Of a stretch of DNA of 64,000 nt, positions 1-9,526 are shown one piece after another (positions within the stretch are counted from its first letter, which is position 1; every line of letters starts with the position of its first letter). The DNA comes from a virus (taxonomy: Duplodnaviria > Caudoviricetes). Location: the IMG/VR virus record IMGVR_UViG_3300028840_001835. One strand, given 5' to 3'. Below the pieces are notes generated by a model, which saw only the letters and a list, made by a program, of their open reading frames with translations, ran no database searches and had not been told where the DNA came from. The translations under genes were made by a program, and so were the position numbers.

Positions 1-979
1 CGTCGTTGGCCGCTGCAGAAAGTGTACCACTTATTGTAGCCGCTTCGACAAGATTTAAGTCAGTCAACCATTCATCAAGAATATATGTAGACCACGCAGT
101 TCCTACTCTAGTCTGAATTACAATACATTCATCGCCACCACGAAAATCATAAACAAATGCACCAGCATCAACAGTTCCAAGTGAATGAGCGCCAAACATT
201 CCAAAACCAGTATGAATAGTTGTATCATAATTCATCCAAGTCTTAATATATATCTGTCCGGCAGTTCCAGTGACCATTCCAATCTCAACAAACTTTGCAC
301 CAGAGTATGTTGTTGGATTCTGTTGATCGGATACAACTATATACGGGTCAACACTAATATCGTTCTTGATTCCAGCACCCGATTCCATATCAAGATAAGC
401 AGCACCTCCTATGTATGTTCCACCCAATGATGGATTAGTCAAATACGATACATCCTTGTTTGCTGCTCCGGCAACTATGATAAATCTATCTTCTAATGTT
501 TGTGAATTATAAAACGGATTGTTTACATATAGTTTTCTAAAATGCTTAACTATGGCTCCGTCAAAACCATCACCTGGGCTTGAGCTAACAGATTGTATAC
601 CTGTCTGAATCACATCAGCAACCTCATCCCAGGTTGTTATTGAACTAAAATCAAGAGCCGATACACCCCGTGAGACTCCGCCAATACTTATCTGAAACTC
701 CCCATCACTAACCGCACTTATTTCTGCCAACGTATCAAAACTTGTACCCAGACCATTATCATCTGTTTTCAACCATGCAACCTTATTTGGGGACGGATCT
801 ACACTTGTATCGCTCTGATCGTCAATAATATACCAACCCGGACCGCCACTAACAGTTGCAGAGGGGCTCGCCACAGGCGTCCTTATGACCCAGTTCTTGA
901 AATTGGCAAGAAGCCCATCGGCGTTTGTCGCTGAGAACCCTCTTCCTGTGCATGTGGACTGTTCAATGTTAAAAGCCAT
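1..979 (-). CDS. Virion structural protein, partial (runs off the left end; not in the ORF track)
   Basis: Hand-translated open frame from ATG at 979: MAFNIEQSTCTGRGFSATNADGLL... RBS GGGGA upstream, late promoter at 1004-1011. Segment DGEFQISIGGVSRGVSALDFSSITTWDEVADVIQTGI resembles a motif seen in DUF3383/sheath-like proteins. Confidence 0.7.
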   Translation of the reverse strand, partial: MAFNIEQSTCTGRGFSATNADGLLANFKNWVIRTPVASPSATVSGGPGWYIIDDQSDTSVDPSPNKVAWLKTDDNGLGTSFDTLAEISAVSDGEFQISIGGVSRGVSALDFSSITTWDEVADVIQTGIQSVSSSPGDGFDGAIVKHFRKLYVNNPFYNSQTLEDRFIIVAGAANKDVSYLTNPSLGGTYIGGAAYLDMESGAGIKNDISVDPYIVVSDQQNPTTYSGAKFVEIGMVTGTAGQIYIKTWMNYDTTIHTGFGMFGAHSLGTVDAGAFVYDFRGGDECIVIQTRVGTAWSTYILDEWLTDLNLVEAATISGTLSAAAND

Positions 980-1003
980 ATCTATTCCCCTTATTATCGT
1001 TAA

Positions 1004-1011
1004 TATTTATA
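1004..1011 (-). promoter_or_regulatory. T4-type late promoter TATAAATA
   Basis: Exact consensus 24 nt upstream of ATG 979; overlaps the stop codon of the upstream gene. Confidence 0.75.
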
Positions 1012-3115
1012 AATTAATCTTCCTTGAGAAGGTAGAGGTCAAACCACTTCTCCTCACCACATACGGAATCTGGATAGTTAGTGCGTTCTCCTCGGTCAGT
1101 ACATTTAATTCGATTTGATTCTCCAAAACTATTATCCTTTTCTCCCATCTCCTTATTGCTCGTACTATAATATCCAATAGATCAACTGCATTCTGATAGT
1201 CCAAAACCTCAAAAGGCACGATTGGAAGTATTGTTCCAAATCTTGGATTGAATATTCGTTCACCTCTTAATGTCGCAATTATATTCTCTATACTTTGATT
1301 AATTGCATCGTCATTATATGCCTTTCCAACAGATACCGCTTTCTTATGTATATCTATTGCCCATTTTGGCTGTTTGATCTCCTCGGGGGTTGGATCGACA
1401 GGAAGAGTAAATTTCTCAATCTCTCCATGAATGTTAATTCTAAGCCAAGGCATATATATGGACATATCATGATTAAACTGCTTGACAATAGCATCAATGT
1501 ATGTAGCTGGAATGTATATATCTGCTGATATACTATTGATAGTTCCAACACTAATAACACCCAGGCCCGGTAAAAGTAAATCAGACACGCCACTGGTCAA
1601 TGTTCCAGTTATCTGTGTGTAAGGATTTGGAATATTCACATCAATCGCCTGACCAGAAACGACCAGTTGACCACTGGCTTCGATATATGGGACCGTTACA
1701 TCAATATTCATGGTTCCTGTATTAACAATTCCCTGAATAGTCGTTACAACAAATCCCGTGTCTATATCTATCGCACCATTATTGACACTCCCTTGAATTG
1801 TCGTTACAACGAACCCAGCATCAATTATTGATGATCCGGCTGTTACGACTGTTCCAGAGATTGATGTATATGGAACTATTGTATCAATATCTATAATTCC
1901 CGTGTTAATAATTCCCTGAATGGTCGTAGTGACAAAACCAGTATCAATTGTTGATATGCCAGCAGTTGTAATTGTTCCAGAGATTGATGTATATGGAACT
2001 GTTGTATCAATATTCAATTGACCAGAGTTTATAGTGCCGCTAAGTTCTGTAACCGGAGATGAAACGATCAAATCTCCACTTCCAGTTGGTAAGTTACTAA
2101 TTGGTTCTGCGTCCCATTGTATGAACTGCTCCTCATTAAACATGGCAGAATACAATGCACTTGTACTATGTCCCGATACATGAGTCCAATCCCAAAAACG
2201 AAATTCATCAATAGTGCCATCAAAAAAGTTCTCAAAATCAGGAGATATCCAAGTTGCACCAATCGTGTGATTTCTTGTTGTGTTAATGCCCGTTTCTCCA
2301 GCGACCGTCTCTAACTGCTCCTCGACACCATTCACATATAAAATTAAATCTCCTTCAGTCTGAAAAGATATCAATACATGATACTCAGTATCCGTGGAGA
2401 ATACATAATCAAACTCATGATAATTTGAACCCAAATCAAATTCTAACTTGGCATTTTCTGTTATACCTATATTAATTCTTTTACCGCCACCGTCCGGATC
2501 ATCACTTGAAAATATTGAATAAAACTCTGTTCCGCCGGGTATGGAATGTAATTTCATTATAAATTCAATTGAAAACTCCGTCATGTCATTTTCGCCACCG
2601 AAGTCATTAATATCATCAATATACGCATCAGAATCAATATCGAAATCGAATGCGGAATTTAAATGACCAGATGTTTCTGTAACATTGACTAATGTACCAA
2701 AGAAGGGATCAACGTCAATGTCTGAACTATTGATTGCTTCTCCAGCACTTGTTCCGCCATGATATACAATTGAATTATTTGCCCAAAGATCATCTACAGC
2801 CTCTGCAGTTGCGGACGAATTACCATACCAGAAATAATACTCATTATCTTCTCCCGGCCACCACTGATCAGAAGCGAACCAAATCTCTGCGCTTGCTGAG
2901 GATTCAAATCTAACTATCTCTATTGATTGCTGTCCGCTACCATCAGCCCCAGAAGTGATTCGGATGTCACCACCATCTGACCTAGCGTTGGCAAATACAT
3001 GCTGGGGAAGTGTTCTATGGGTTAACACAAAGGGAGCATCCGACCACTCTCCACCGAAGAAGGCACCCGAAGTCGTAAACTTAAACTTATAATTCCATCC
3101 GTCAGGAAACGCCAT
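1007..3115 (-). CDS. DUF2341/LamG-like domain protein with beta-rich repeats and a C-terminal gp25-like baseplate domain
   Basis: N-terminal DGGDIRIT (DUF2341-like); LamG-like LILYVNG...FDGTIDEFRFW; ~22-aa repeats; C-terminal YNDDAINQSIENIIATLRGERIFNPRFG...IRRWEKRI matching the GPW/gp25 family. Confidence 0.7.
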   Translation of the reverse strand: MAFPDGWNYKFKFTTSGAFFGGEWSDAPFVLTHRTLPQHVFANARSDGGDIRITSGADGSGQQSIEIVRFESSASAEIWFASDQWWPGEDNEYYFWYGNSSATAEAVDDLWANNSIVYHGGTSAGEAINSSDIDVDPFFGTLVNVTETSGHLNSAFDFDIDSDAYIDDINDFGGENDMTEFSIEFIMKLHSIPGGTEFYSIFSSDDPDGGGKRINIGITENAKLEFDLGSNYHEFDYVFSTDTEYHVLISFQTEGDLILYVNGVEEQLETVAGETGINTTRNHTIGATWISPDFENFFDGTIDEFRFWDWTHVSGHSTSALYSAMFNEEQFIQWDAEPISNLPTGSGDLIVSSPVTELSGTINSGQLNIDTTVPYTSISGTITTAGISTIDTGFVTTTIQGIINTGIIDIDTIVPYTSISGTVVTAGSSIIDAGFVVTTIQGSVNNGAIDIDTGFVVTTIQGIVNTGTMNIDVTVPYIEASGQLVVSGQAIDVNIPNPYTQITGTLTSGVSDLLLPGLGVISVGTINSISADIYIPATYIDAIVKQFNHDMSIYMPWLRINIHGEIEKFTLPVDPTPEEIKQPKWAIDIHKKAVSVGKAYNDDAINQSIENIIATLRGERIFNPRFGTILPIVPFEVLDYQNAVDLLDIIVRAIRRWEKRIIVLENQIELNVLTEENALTIQIPYVVRRSGLTSTFSRKINL

Positions 3116-3124
3116 TCAATACCC

Positions 3125-6100
3125 CTATAAAATTATCTTCCTAGAGAACGTACCTGTCAGACCACTCCTGTTTATGATGTATGGTATCTGGATTGTCATT
3201 GCGTTCTCTTCCGTCAATATGTTCATCTCGATCTGGTCCTCAATGACCGTTATTCGTGTCTCCCAGAACTGTATGGCCTTGAGCAGATCGACAAGCAGTG
3301 CCTCGGCGTCAGCATAATCCAGTTGTGAGAAAATGGTGAGTGGTAACACAGATCCAAAGAACGGTGAAAATACTCTCTCACCTCTAAGCGTGGAAAGTAT
3401 ATTCTCAATGCTATTATTTATAGCTTTCTCATTAAGAACATAACCTGTTGTTAAAACGTCCTTTGATATATCCTCTGCCCATATCTGTGTATTCTCCCTC
3501 TCGGCGGGTATCACTATGGTCGTTATATTTCTCTCAAGTAGACCATCAATGTCAGTAGTTGGTTTTGGTATTTCAATGTCAATCGCACCTTGTATAGGAA
3601 CAGCACCCACTCCACTTACAATCGTAAAAGGTATTATTAAATCACCTGTTATACGATTAACAACGCCCGAGCCGGAACAACTAACAAATGGAATTATTAG
3701 ACTACCAGTTACACGATTGACTGTTCCTTGTATGTCAACCTCTGGAACTGGTGTCTGGACATCAAGAGAATCACCAGAAACAACAAGCTGACCAGTACCT
3801 TCAACATCAACCGCTGGTATGTCCACATCAATAGAATCCCCAGAAACCACTCTCTGACCAGTTCCATCAATTTCCGGAACTGGTATTGATATGTCCGCTT
3901 GACCAGTATTATTTGACGCAGATATGTCTAGAATTATCGAAGGAATTGCCACATCGAGGGCACCACCAGATACTACTAATTGACCGCTTGCTGTTATGTA
4001 TGGGATCGGTATATCGACATCAATGACACCACCATTAACAACACCTTCAGCATCGACAATCACAAAACCGGCGTCAATTACGATCTCGCCATCATTAATA
4101 AGTCCATTTGAAACAATATATGGGATAGGAACATCAATGTTTAGAATTCCTTTATTTACGATCCCTTGAACATCGACTGATACAAATCCTGTATCTATCG
4201 TGATCGTTCCTGTTGTTTCTATTAGACCCGTACCAGATGTAACAACAAATCCGGTGTCTATATCTATAGTTCCACCCGTTGCTGCTTCACCAACACCACC
4301 AATCTCTGGAATTGGTATATCTATATCTATGTTACCCTGATTAACAATACCCTGGGAGGATATTACAACAAAACCCGTATCTATGTCAATTAAACCAGTA
4401 TTTGATACACCACTTGCAGTGATGTATGGGACAGGCGTATCAATGTTTAATATTCCTTTATTAACAACGCCTTCTGCGTCAACAATAACCCAACCGGCAT
4501 CTATGACTATCTGACCATCATTGACAAGTCCCTGGGCGATAACATCGACCGCGGGTATCACAAGATCAGTTAAACCAACCGTCGAGATTGTTCCCGTTCC
4601 AGATACATCAACAAACCCAGTATCTATATCTATCGAACCCTGTGTTTCTGCCGTGCCTGTAGCAGACAGATACGGGACAGGAATAGTTATGTTTATGTTA
4701 CCCTGATTTAAAACACCCTGAGAAACTATATATGGAACTGGCACATCTATGTCAATCGTTCCACGATTAACAACGCCAGATACATCGACATCGACCGCTG
4801 GAATTACTATGTCAAGGGCTGTTCCAGAAACCACCAATTGACCGGTCGCCTGAACCTCAACCGCCGGGATCACAACATCAAGAACGTCAGCAGAAACAAC
4901 TAATTGCCCAACAGCGTCTATGTATGGAATCGGTACATCAATATTCAGGGTTCCTTTATTCACAGTTCCTACTGCGTCAACAACGACCCATCCAGCAACT
5001 ATGACTACCTCGCCATCATTGACGAGACCCTGGGCATCAACCGATACAAACCCAGTATCTATATCTATCGAACCCTGCTTCTCAGTCGACCCAGTCGCTG
5101 AGAGATAAGGGACAGGGATATCTATGTTTATGTTACCCTGATTTACAACTCCAGTAAGATTAGAATCGACCGCTGGAATTACTATGTCAAGGGCTGTTCC
5201 AGAAACCACTAGCTGCCCAGAGGCAACAATGTATGGGACTGGTATATCTATTGTTACATCGCCACTATTCACAACCCCAGTAACATCAACATCAACTGCA
5301 GGGAGTATAACATCCAATGATGTAGCAGATACAACAAGTTGACCCACCAATGACGCCTGAATAGCAGGAATAACAACATCAAGGGATAACGCAGAAACGA
5401 CCAATTGACCAGAGGCTTCGATATATGGAACAGGAATATCAATGTCCAAGGTTCCCTTGTTCACAACTCCTTCGCCATCAACAACCACAAACCCGGCGTC
5501 AATTACTATCTCGCCATCGTTGACAAGACCATTAATATCCACATAAGGAACAGGAATATCTATCGCTATTGTACCCGCGGTCTCTATTAAACCAGTCGCA
5601 GACGTATATGGAACCGGTACATCAATGTTTAGTGTTCCTTGATTTACAACACCGCTTGCTACAACATACGGAACGGGTACGTCTATGTCAATCGTTCCAA
5701 CAGATTCAATAATACCCGTTGCTGATAGATACGGAACTGGAGTATCTATGTCTATGTTACCTTGATTTACAATTCCCTCACCATCGACAACCACAAATCC
5801 AGCATCGATCACTATCTCGCCATCATTGACAAGCCCGCTTATATCTACATATGGAACGGGGATATCAATATTCAGAGTGCCTTTATTGACAACTCCAGAT
5901 ACATCAACATCAATTGCTGGAATTACAACATCAAGGGAAGTTGCAGATACAACAAAATTCCCAACAGCATCTACATACGGAATAGGAACATCTATTACAA
6001 TCGTTCCCTGAACTTCTACCTGTCCCTGACCGCTAGTGTATGGAACCGTTGTATTAATATCGAGGGAGGTCGCAGATACGACAAGCTGACCAGCTGCATC

Positions 6101-6478
6101 GACATACGGAACAGGTGTATCAATATTCAACGTACCAGTGTTGACGATGCCTGCTGCATCGACAACCACAAACCCGGCATCGATCACTATCTCGCCATCA
6201 TTGACGAGCCCGCTTGCAGTGATGTACGGGACGGGTATATTGATATCCAACGCCCCAGATGTCAACGGCGTCGCGGCGCTGATAACAAGGTCTTTATTAA
6301 AACTTAGACTTCCAGACTCACCTGGGGTTGGTAATGTTAGGTTGACGGTCTTTGAGGAAGACTCATAAAGGGTTATCGTTCCGCCATTAAGTGATAACGC
6401 TGAAGTGGATACATAACTTAGATCATTGCTTGCCTCTCCAGCACTTATAGTATATTTAAACCATAGTTTCTTAAACAT
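3125..6478 (-). CDS. 1117-aa repeat-rich virion protein with a C-terminal gp25-like baseplate domain
   Basis: Dozens of ~22-23 aa V/I/G/D-rich repeats (e.g. GVVNKGTLNIDVPVPYIDA); C-terminal LNEKAINNSIENILSTLRGERVFSPFFG...IQFWETRI. Confidence 0.7.
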   Translation of the reverse strand: MFKKLWFKYTISAGEASNDLSYVSTSALSLNGGTITLYESSSKTVNLTLPTPGESGSLSFNKDLVISAATPLTSGALDINIPVPYITASGLVNDGEIVIDAGFVVVDAAGIVNTGTLNIDTPVPYVDAAGQLVVSATSLDINTTVPYTSGQGQVEVQGTIVIDVPIPYVDAVGNFVVSATSLDVVIPAIDVDVSGVVNKGTLNIDIPVPYVDISGLVNDGEIVIDAGFVVVDGEGIVNQGNIDIDTPVPYLSATGIIESVGTIDIDVPVPYVVASGVVNQGTLNIDVPVPYTSATGLIETAGTIAIDIPVPYVDINGLVNDGEIVIDAGFVVVDGEGVVNKGTLDIDIPVPYIEASGQLVVSALSLDVVIPAIQASLVGQLVVSATSLDVILPAVDVDVTGVVNSGDVTIDIPVPYIVASGQLVVSGTALDIVIPAVDSNLTGVVNQGNINIDIPVPYLSATGSTEKQGSIDIDTGFVSVDAQGLVNDGEVVIVAGWVVVDAVGTVNKGTLNIDVPIPYIDAVGQLVVSADVLDVVIPAVEVQATGQLVVSGTALDIVIPAVDVDVSGVVNRGTIDIDVPVPYIVSQGVLNQGNINITIPVPYLSATGTAETQGSIDIDTGFVDVSGTGTISTVGLTDLVIPAVDVIAQGLVNDGQIVIDAGWVIVDAEGVVNKGILNIDTPVPYITASGVSNTGLIDIDTGFVVISSQGIVNQGNIDIDIPIPEIGGVGEAATGGTIDIDTGFVVTSGTGLIETTGTITIDTGFVSVDVQGIVNKGILNIDVPIPYIVSNGLINDGEIVIDAGFVIVDAEGVVNGGVIDVDIPIPYITASGQLVVSGGALDVAIPSIILDISASNNTGQADISIPVPEIDGTGQRVVSGDSIDVDIPAVDVEGTGQLVVSGDSLDVQTPVPEVDIQGTVNRVTGSLIIPFVSCSGSGVVNRITGDLIIPFTIVSGVGAVPIQGAIDIEIPKPTTDIDGLLERNITTIVIPAERENTQIWAEDISKDVLTTGYVLNEKAINNSIENILSTLRGERVFSPFFGSVLPLTIFSQLDYADAEALLVDLLKAIQFWETRITVIEDQIEMNILTEENAMTIQIPYIINRSGLTGTFSRKIIL
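3800..6300 (-). repeat. Codon-phased intragenic repeats (~66-69 bp units)
   Basis: Recurring blocks such as cacaaacccggcatcgatcactatctcgccatcattgac (GLVNDGEIVIDAGFVVVD) and GQLVVSA/G; boundaries approximate. Confidence 0.8.
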
Positions 6479-6481
6479 TAA

Positions 6482-8530
6482 TTACTCCACCAAAGGCGGT
6501 TTGGTCTTATATGGATGACCACTGGGTAAATTGTCCACAAGACCCCACTTCCATGCTAGGTACCCTTCAACTTTTTGTATTGTTGCGGTCGATACATCTG
6601 GCACTATTAAAAACTCACCAAATGCGCCATTTGGGTGTCTTATTCCCCCTCTGTTTCTAAATGCCCCAAATGTCTGTGATGTATCTAATGTATCATCATA
6701 TAAAACATCTGGTGTTCTTTTTATTCCATCTATGTTGACATAATATACCTGACTTGTGAAATCCATCACTACAGAAAATGTGGACGGGCCATTAAATGGC
6801 CCACCAGATAACACAACATCATCACCAATATTAGATTGGTTTATTTCTCCATCAAAATCTACTGTGCTGTCCGATGCAAACTGTAAATCGTTTGTAGCAT
6901 CTACACAAAACACCGAATCGTTTGCATTGGCAAGAGAATCAATTACATATATACCAAAGAATGTCATGTTACCATCAGAAGGTAATGTCACATTCCCTTC
7001 TAAGTGTCCATCACCATCACAATCAAATACATTCAAATCATTAATTTCTCTAACCCCTGTATCTGGTCTATCCCCTTCCGTGGCCTGAATCAAAGAATTG
7101 CCCATCCCGCTCTTATCTGCCCAACTACTAACACCACCGGCCGCCGTTGTTATTGTACTTTCATCGGTTGTGTCCCACCATCCCGATGTTACTATTTCTG
7201 ATGGTGTCCAGTTGGCTACATAATCAACTTTTCTCCCACCTACCTTAACATCAAGATCGAGCTGTGGTGTACCCGTCGCAGAGACCTGATCACTAAACTC
7301 GACACAGAGATAAAGGGTCTGACCGGCGATATAAGTTCCGTCATCATCTGGACTGGTCACGTTGACAACAGGGACCTCGACTGAACCCGAGATTGTGGTT
7401 GAGACCGCAGGTAATGTTAATGCTCCAGACCCTTCTGGAGTAACGGGCCCGACCGCCTGCGATGGACCAGCACTTATAAAATTCTGAGGTGTTGCCCATG
7501 CATCATAATATGTCTGTAACCAATTATCACCTTTTGTATCATCAATGATCAGGATCTCATCAAGTTTTATGTTTGCATAATCGGTGAAATTATCCCTAGC
7601 AATACGGCAGGCCTCCTGAAGCCTTAGGGGATAAGAGGTATCCCATGTAACAGTTCCAACAGATGCACCATTTACATACAGTTCTGTTTGATCTATGGTA
7701 CTATTATACCTCATCGCTATGTGATATTCTGTACCGCTGTTGAATGTTTGTGTTTCTATATATTCATTTCCGCCTTCCCCATCATCATTATCAACAACCA
7801 ATATACCTATTTCATCATACTCACTATCTATGAAAAGACTAAAATCACCAGTATCAGTATCGCCAACCGAAGCAAAGATTGGCATATATAAACTAATATC
7901 ATTTGGCTCAACCCAACATGAAAACACAACAACCGCCTCCGATGTATTTGATAGCCCGTTTGTTGCAAAATTAAAATAATCTCCTGAACCATCTAAATTT
8001 TGTCTTACCCTTGATATATTTCCTGTTGCAGTTGTCGCCAAGCTACCATATGAATTTGCATCCGCGCTATTTGGCGATTGATCCGTAAAGGTCGGAGTCG
8101 ACCCAGTTTTATCCATTGGTGACGCATAGAAACAAATACTATATACCCCCTCAGAACCCCCAGAGGTTTCTCTGGAAGGTTGAGAGTCCGTACCAGTGGT
8201 GTTCCACCATATCCAGATCGTTTGATTCGAACCAGTGGTATCAATCTCCGCTGCTATCTCAGCATATGCGGTAGCTGAAGTGCCATCTGAAAAATAATCT
8301 CTTATATGAATGGGAACTAAATTAACACCAGCGGAATCTGTTGTTACGCGGATATCCCCACCATCGGACTGTGCCGATGTACTTGTGGTAAACATATCCG
8401 CTGGAAGATTACTCGTAGCTGGATTACCATCCCACTTTAATTTAAAAATAAGCTCAGCGGGAGTACCCGTGACCTCTGACCCTTGAATCTGTAAAGGAGC
8501 TTTTCTTGTATGTGTAAGACCGCCTGCCAT
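6482..8530 (-). CDS. DUF2341 + LamG/ConA-like + Ig-like virion adhesin-like protein
   Basis: SDGGDIRVTTD (DUF2341-like); LYVNG...KLDEILI (LamG); VVNVTSPDDDGTYIAGQTL (Ig-like); GWWDTTDESTIT...VSSWADKSG (lectin-like C-terminus). Confidence 0.65.
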   Translation of the reverse strand: MAGGLTHTRKAPLQIQGSEVTGTPAELIFKLKWDGNPATSNLPADMFTTSTSAQSDGGDIRVTTDSAGVNLVPIHIRDYFSDGTSATAYAEIAAEIDTTGSNQTIWIWWNTTGTDSQPSRETSGGSEGVYSICFYASPMDKTGSTPTFTDQSPNSADANSYGSLATTATGNISRVRQNLDGSGDYFNFATNGLSNTSEAVVVFSCWVEPNDISLYMPIFASVGDTDTGDFSLFIDSEYDEIGILVVDNDDGEGGNEYIETQTFNSGTEYHIAMRYNSTIDQTELYVNGASVGTVTWDTSYPLRLQEACRIARDNFTDYANIKLDEILIIDDTKGDNWLQTYYDAWATPQNFISAGPSQAVGPVTPEGSGALTLPAVSTTISGSVEVPVVNVTSPDDDGTYIAGQTLYLCVEFSDQVSATGTPQLDLDVKVGGRKVDYVANWTPSEIVTSGWWDTTDESTITTAAGGVSSWADKSGMGNSLIQATEGDRPDTGVREINDLNVFDCDGDGHLEGNVTLPSDGNMTFFGIYVIDSLANANDSVFCVDATNDLQFASDSTVDFDGEINQSNIGDDVVLSGGPFNGPSTFSVVMDFTSQVYYVNIDGIKRTPDVLYDDTLDTSQTFGAFRNRGGIRHPNGAFGEFLIVPDVSTATIQKVEGYLAWKWGLVDNLPSGHPYKTKPPLVE

Positions 8531-8533
8531 AAA

Positions 8534-8782
8534 TTATTTTGTCCTATATTTTGGAGCTCCGAGTTTTCTACGAATCTCATTTAGCCCACGTTCAGAAAAA
8601 TAAGCAACCCGCATACATTCTAAGAGTGATAATTCATCAACGAATTTTAACTCTGTTGGAAGGGGTTCTTCTTTTGTGTATCCATCAATAGTATCAACAA
8701 TTGTTTGCTCCGTAACTGTGATTGGTTTTATGTCAGTCGCACTTGTTTTTGTGTCAGTCGCACTTGTCTTTAATTCAGGCAT
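8534..8782 (-). CDS. Hypothetical late protein
   Basis: 82-aa ORF with RBS AAGGAG and an upstream late promoter. Confidence 0.65.
   Translation of the reverse strand: MPELKTSATDTKTSATDIKPITVTEQTIVDTIDGYTKEEPLPTELKFVDELSLLECMRVAYFSERGLNEIRRKLGAPKYRTK
8731..8772. repeat. 21-bp tandem duplication (KTSATDT/KTSATDI)
   Basis: tgtcagtcgcacttgtttttg followed by tgtcagtcgcacttgtcttta. Confidence 0.85.
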
Positions 8783-8817
8783 TAATAATAATTCTCCTTT
8801 TCAATATGCTATATGAA

Positions 8818-8825
8818 TATTTATA
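8818..8825 (-). promoter_or_regulatory. T4-type late promoter TATAAATA
   Basis: Exact consensus, intergenic, upstream of ORF 8782. Confidence 0.75.
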
Positions 8826-8908
8826 CCTTTTCACCACAAACAGAAAAGGTACCACTTTTCGTGATACCTTTTCCAAATATGAACCGTCGTAGTCTTGGAC
8901 CAGACGGT

Positions 8909-9043
8909 CTAATCTTCTTTTTCCTTATCCTTCTTCGTGACCATTCCGACAGCCTTAACCTTGGTTTCGATCCCCTTTCCAATAACTTTTTTAAACTTTC
9001 TAAACAACGGATCTTTTCTAAGGTCCTTTAAATCTTTAGCCAT
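8909..9043 (-). CDS. Small basic hypothetical protein (44 aa; not in track)
   Basis: Hand-translated MAKDLKDLRKDPLFRKFKKVIGKGIETKVKAVGMVTKKDKEKED*; RBS GAGG. Confidence 0.55.
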   Translation of the reverse strand: MAKDLKDLRKDPLFRKFKKVIGKGIETKVKAVGMVTKKDKEKED

Positions 9044-9080
9044 TATATACCTCTCAATTTAAGATTTAAAAAGCTACCGA

Positions 9081-9476
9081 TTAACCAGCACTCGTTACGG
9101 GTACCGTCACCGTCACTGATGTGATAGAGACCGCGTCACCCACTGTGATGGAAGTCGTGTTGAACTCCAAATCGAAACTGGAATCTGTTCCCACCGTTCC
9201 AGAAAGGATCGGGTTAGCAGACGAGTCCTCGAACCTGAAAGCGGCTGCAGTGCCTGTTGCAAGAGCACTGGTCTCGTTTGTCAGGGGAGTTGCAGCTGTG
9301 ATCGTTCCGTTTGAAGGTGCGCCAAATGACGGATCTTGGAAATCGATCTTTGCCAACAGGGTTCCAAAATTAGCTGTGTAAATCTTGATGGCCCCTGAAG
9401 ACTGCTCAGCGTCAACCAAGTTACCTATGGCAGAAGCAAGATAATTTCTTGTGTCAGTGTAAAGTCCTACAGCCAT
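9081..9476 (-). CDS. Small virion structural protein (beta-rich)
   Basis: 131 aa, T/S/A/G-rich, strong RBS AGGAGAG, own late promoter. Confidence 0.6.
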   Translation of the reverse strand: MAVGLYTDTRNYLASAIGNLVDAEQSSGAIKIYTANFGTLLAKIDFQDPSFGAPSNGTITAATPLTNETSALATGTAAAFRFEDSSANPILSGTVGTDSSFDLEFNTTSITVGDAVSITSVTVTVPVTSAG

Positions 9477-9515
9477 TGTATTTCTCTCCTTTTAAAATGT
9501 TCAAATACTTTCTTA

Positions 9516-9523
9516 TATTTATA
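9516..9523 (-). promoter_or_regulatory. T4-type late promoter TATAAATA
   Basis: Exact consensus between the gp13 stop and ORF 9476. Confidence 0.75.
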
Positions 9524-9526
9524 ATC

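Noticed and set aside
3800-6300. Regularly spaced repeats as a possible CRISPR array
   Set aside because: The repeats are degenerate, codon-phased and inside one open 1117-aa frame; there are no invariant repeats with unique spacers and no cas genes.
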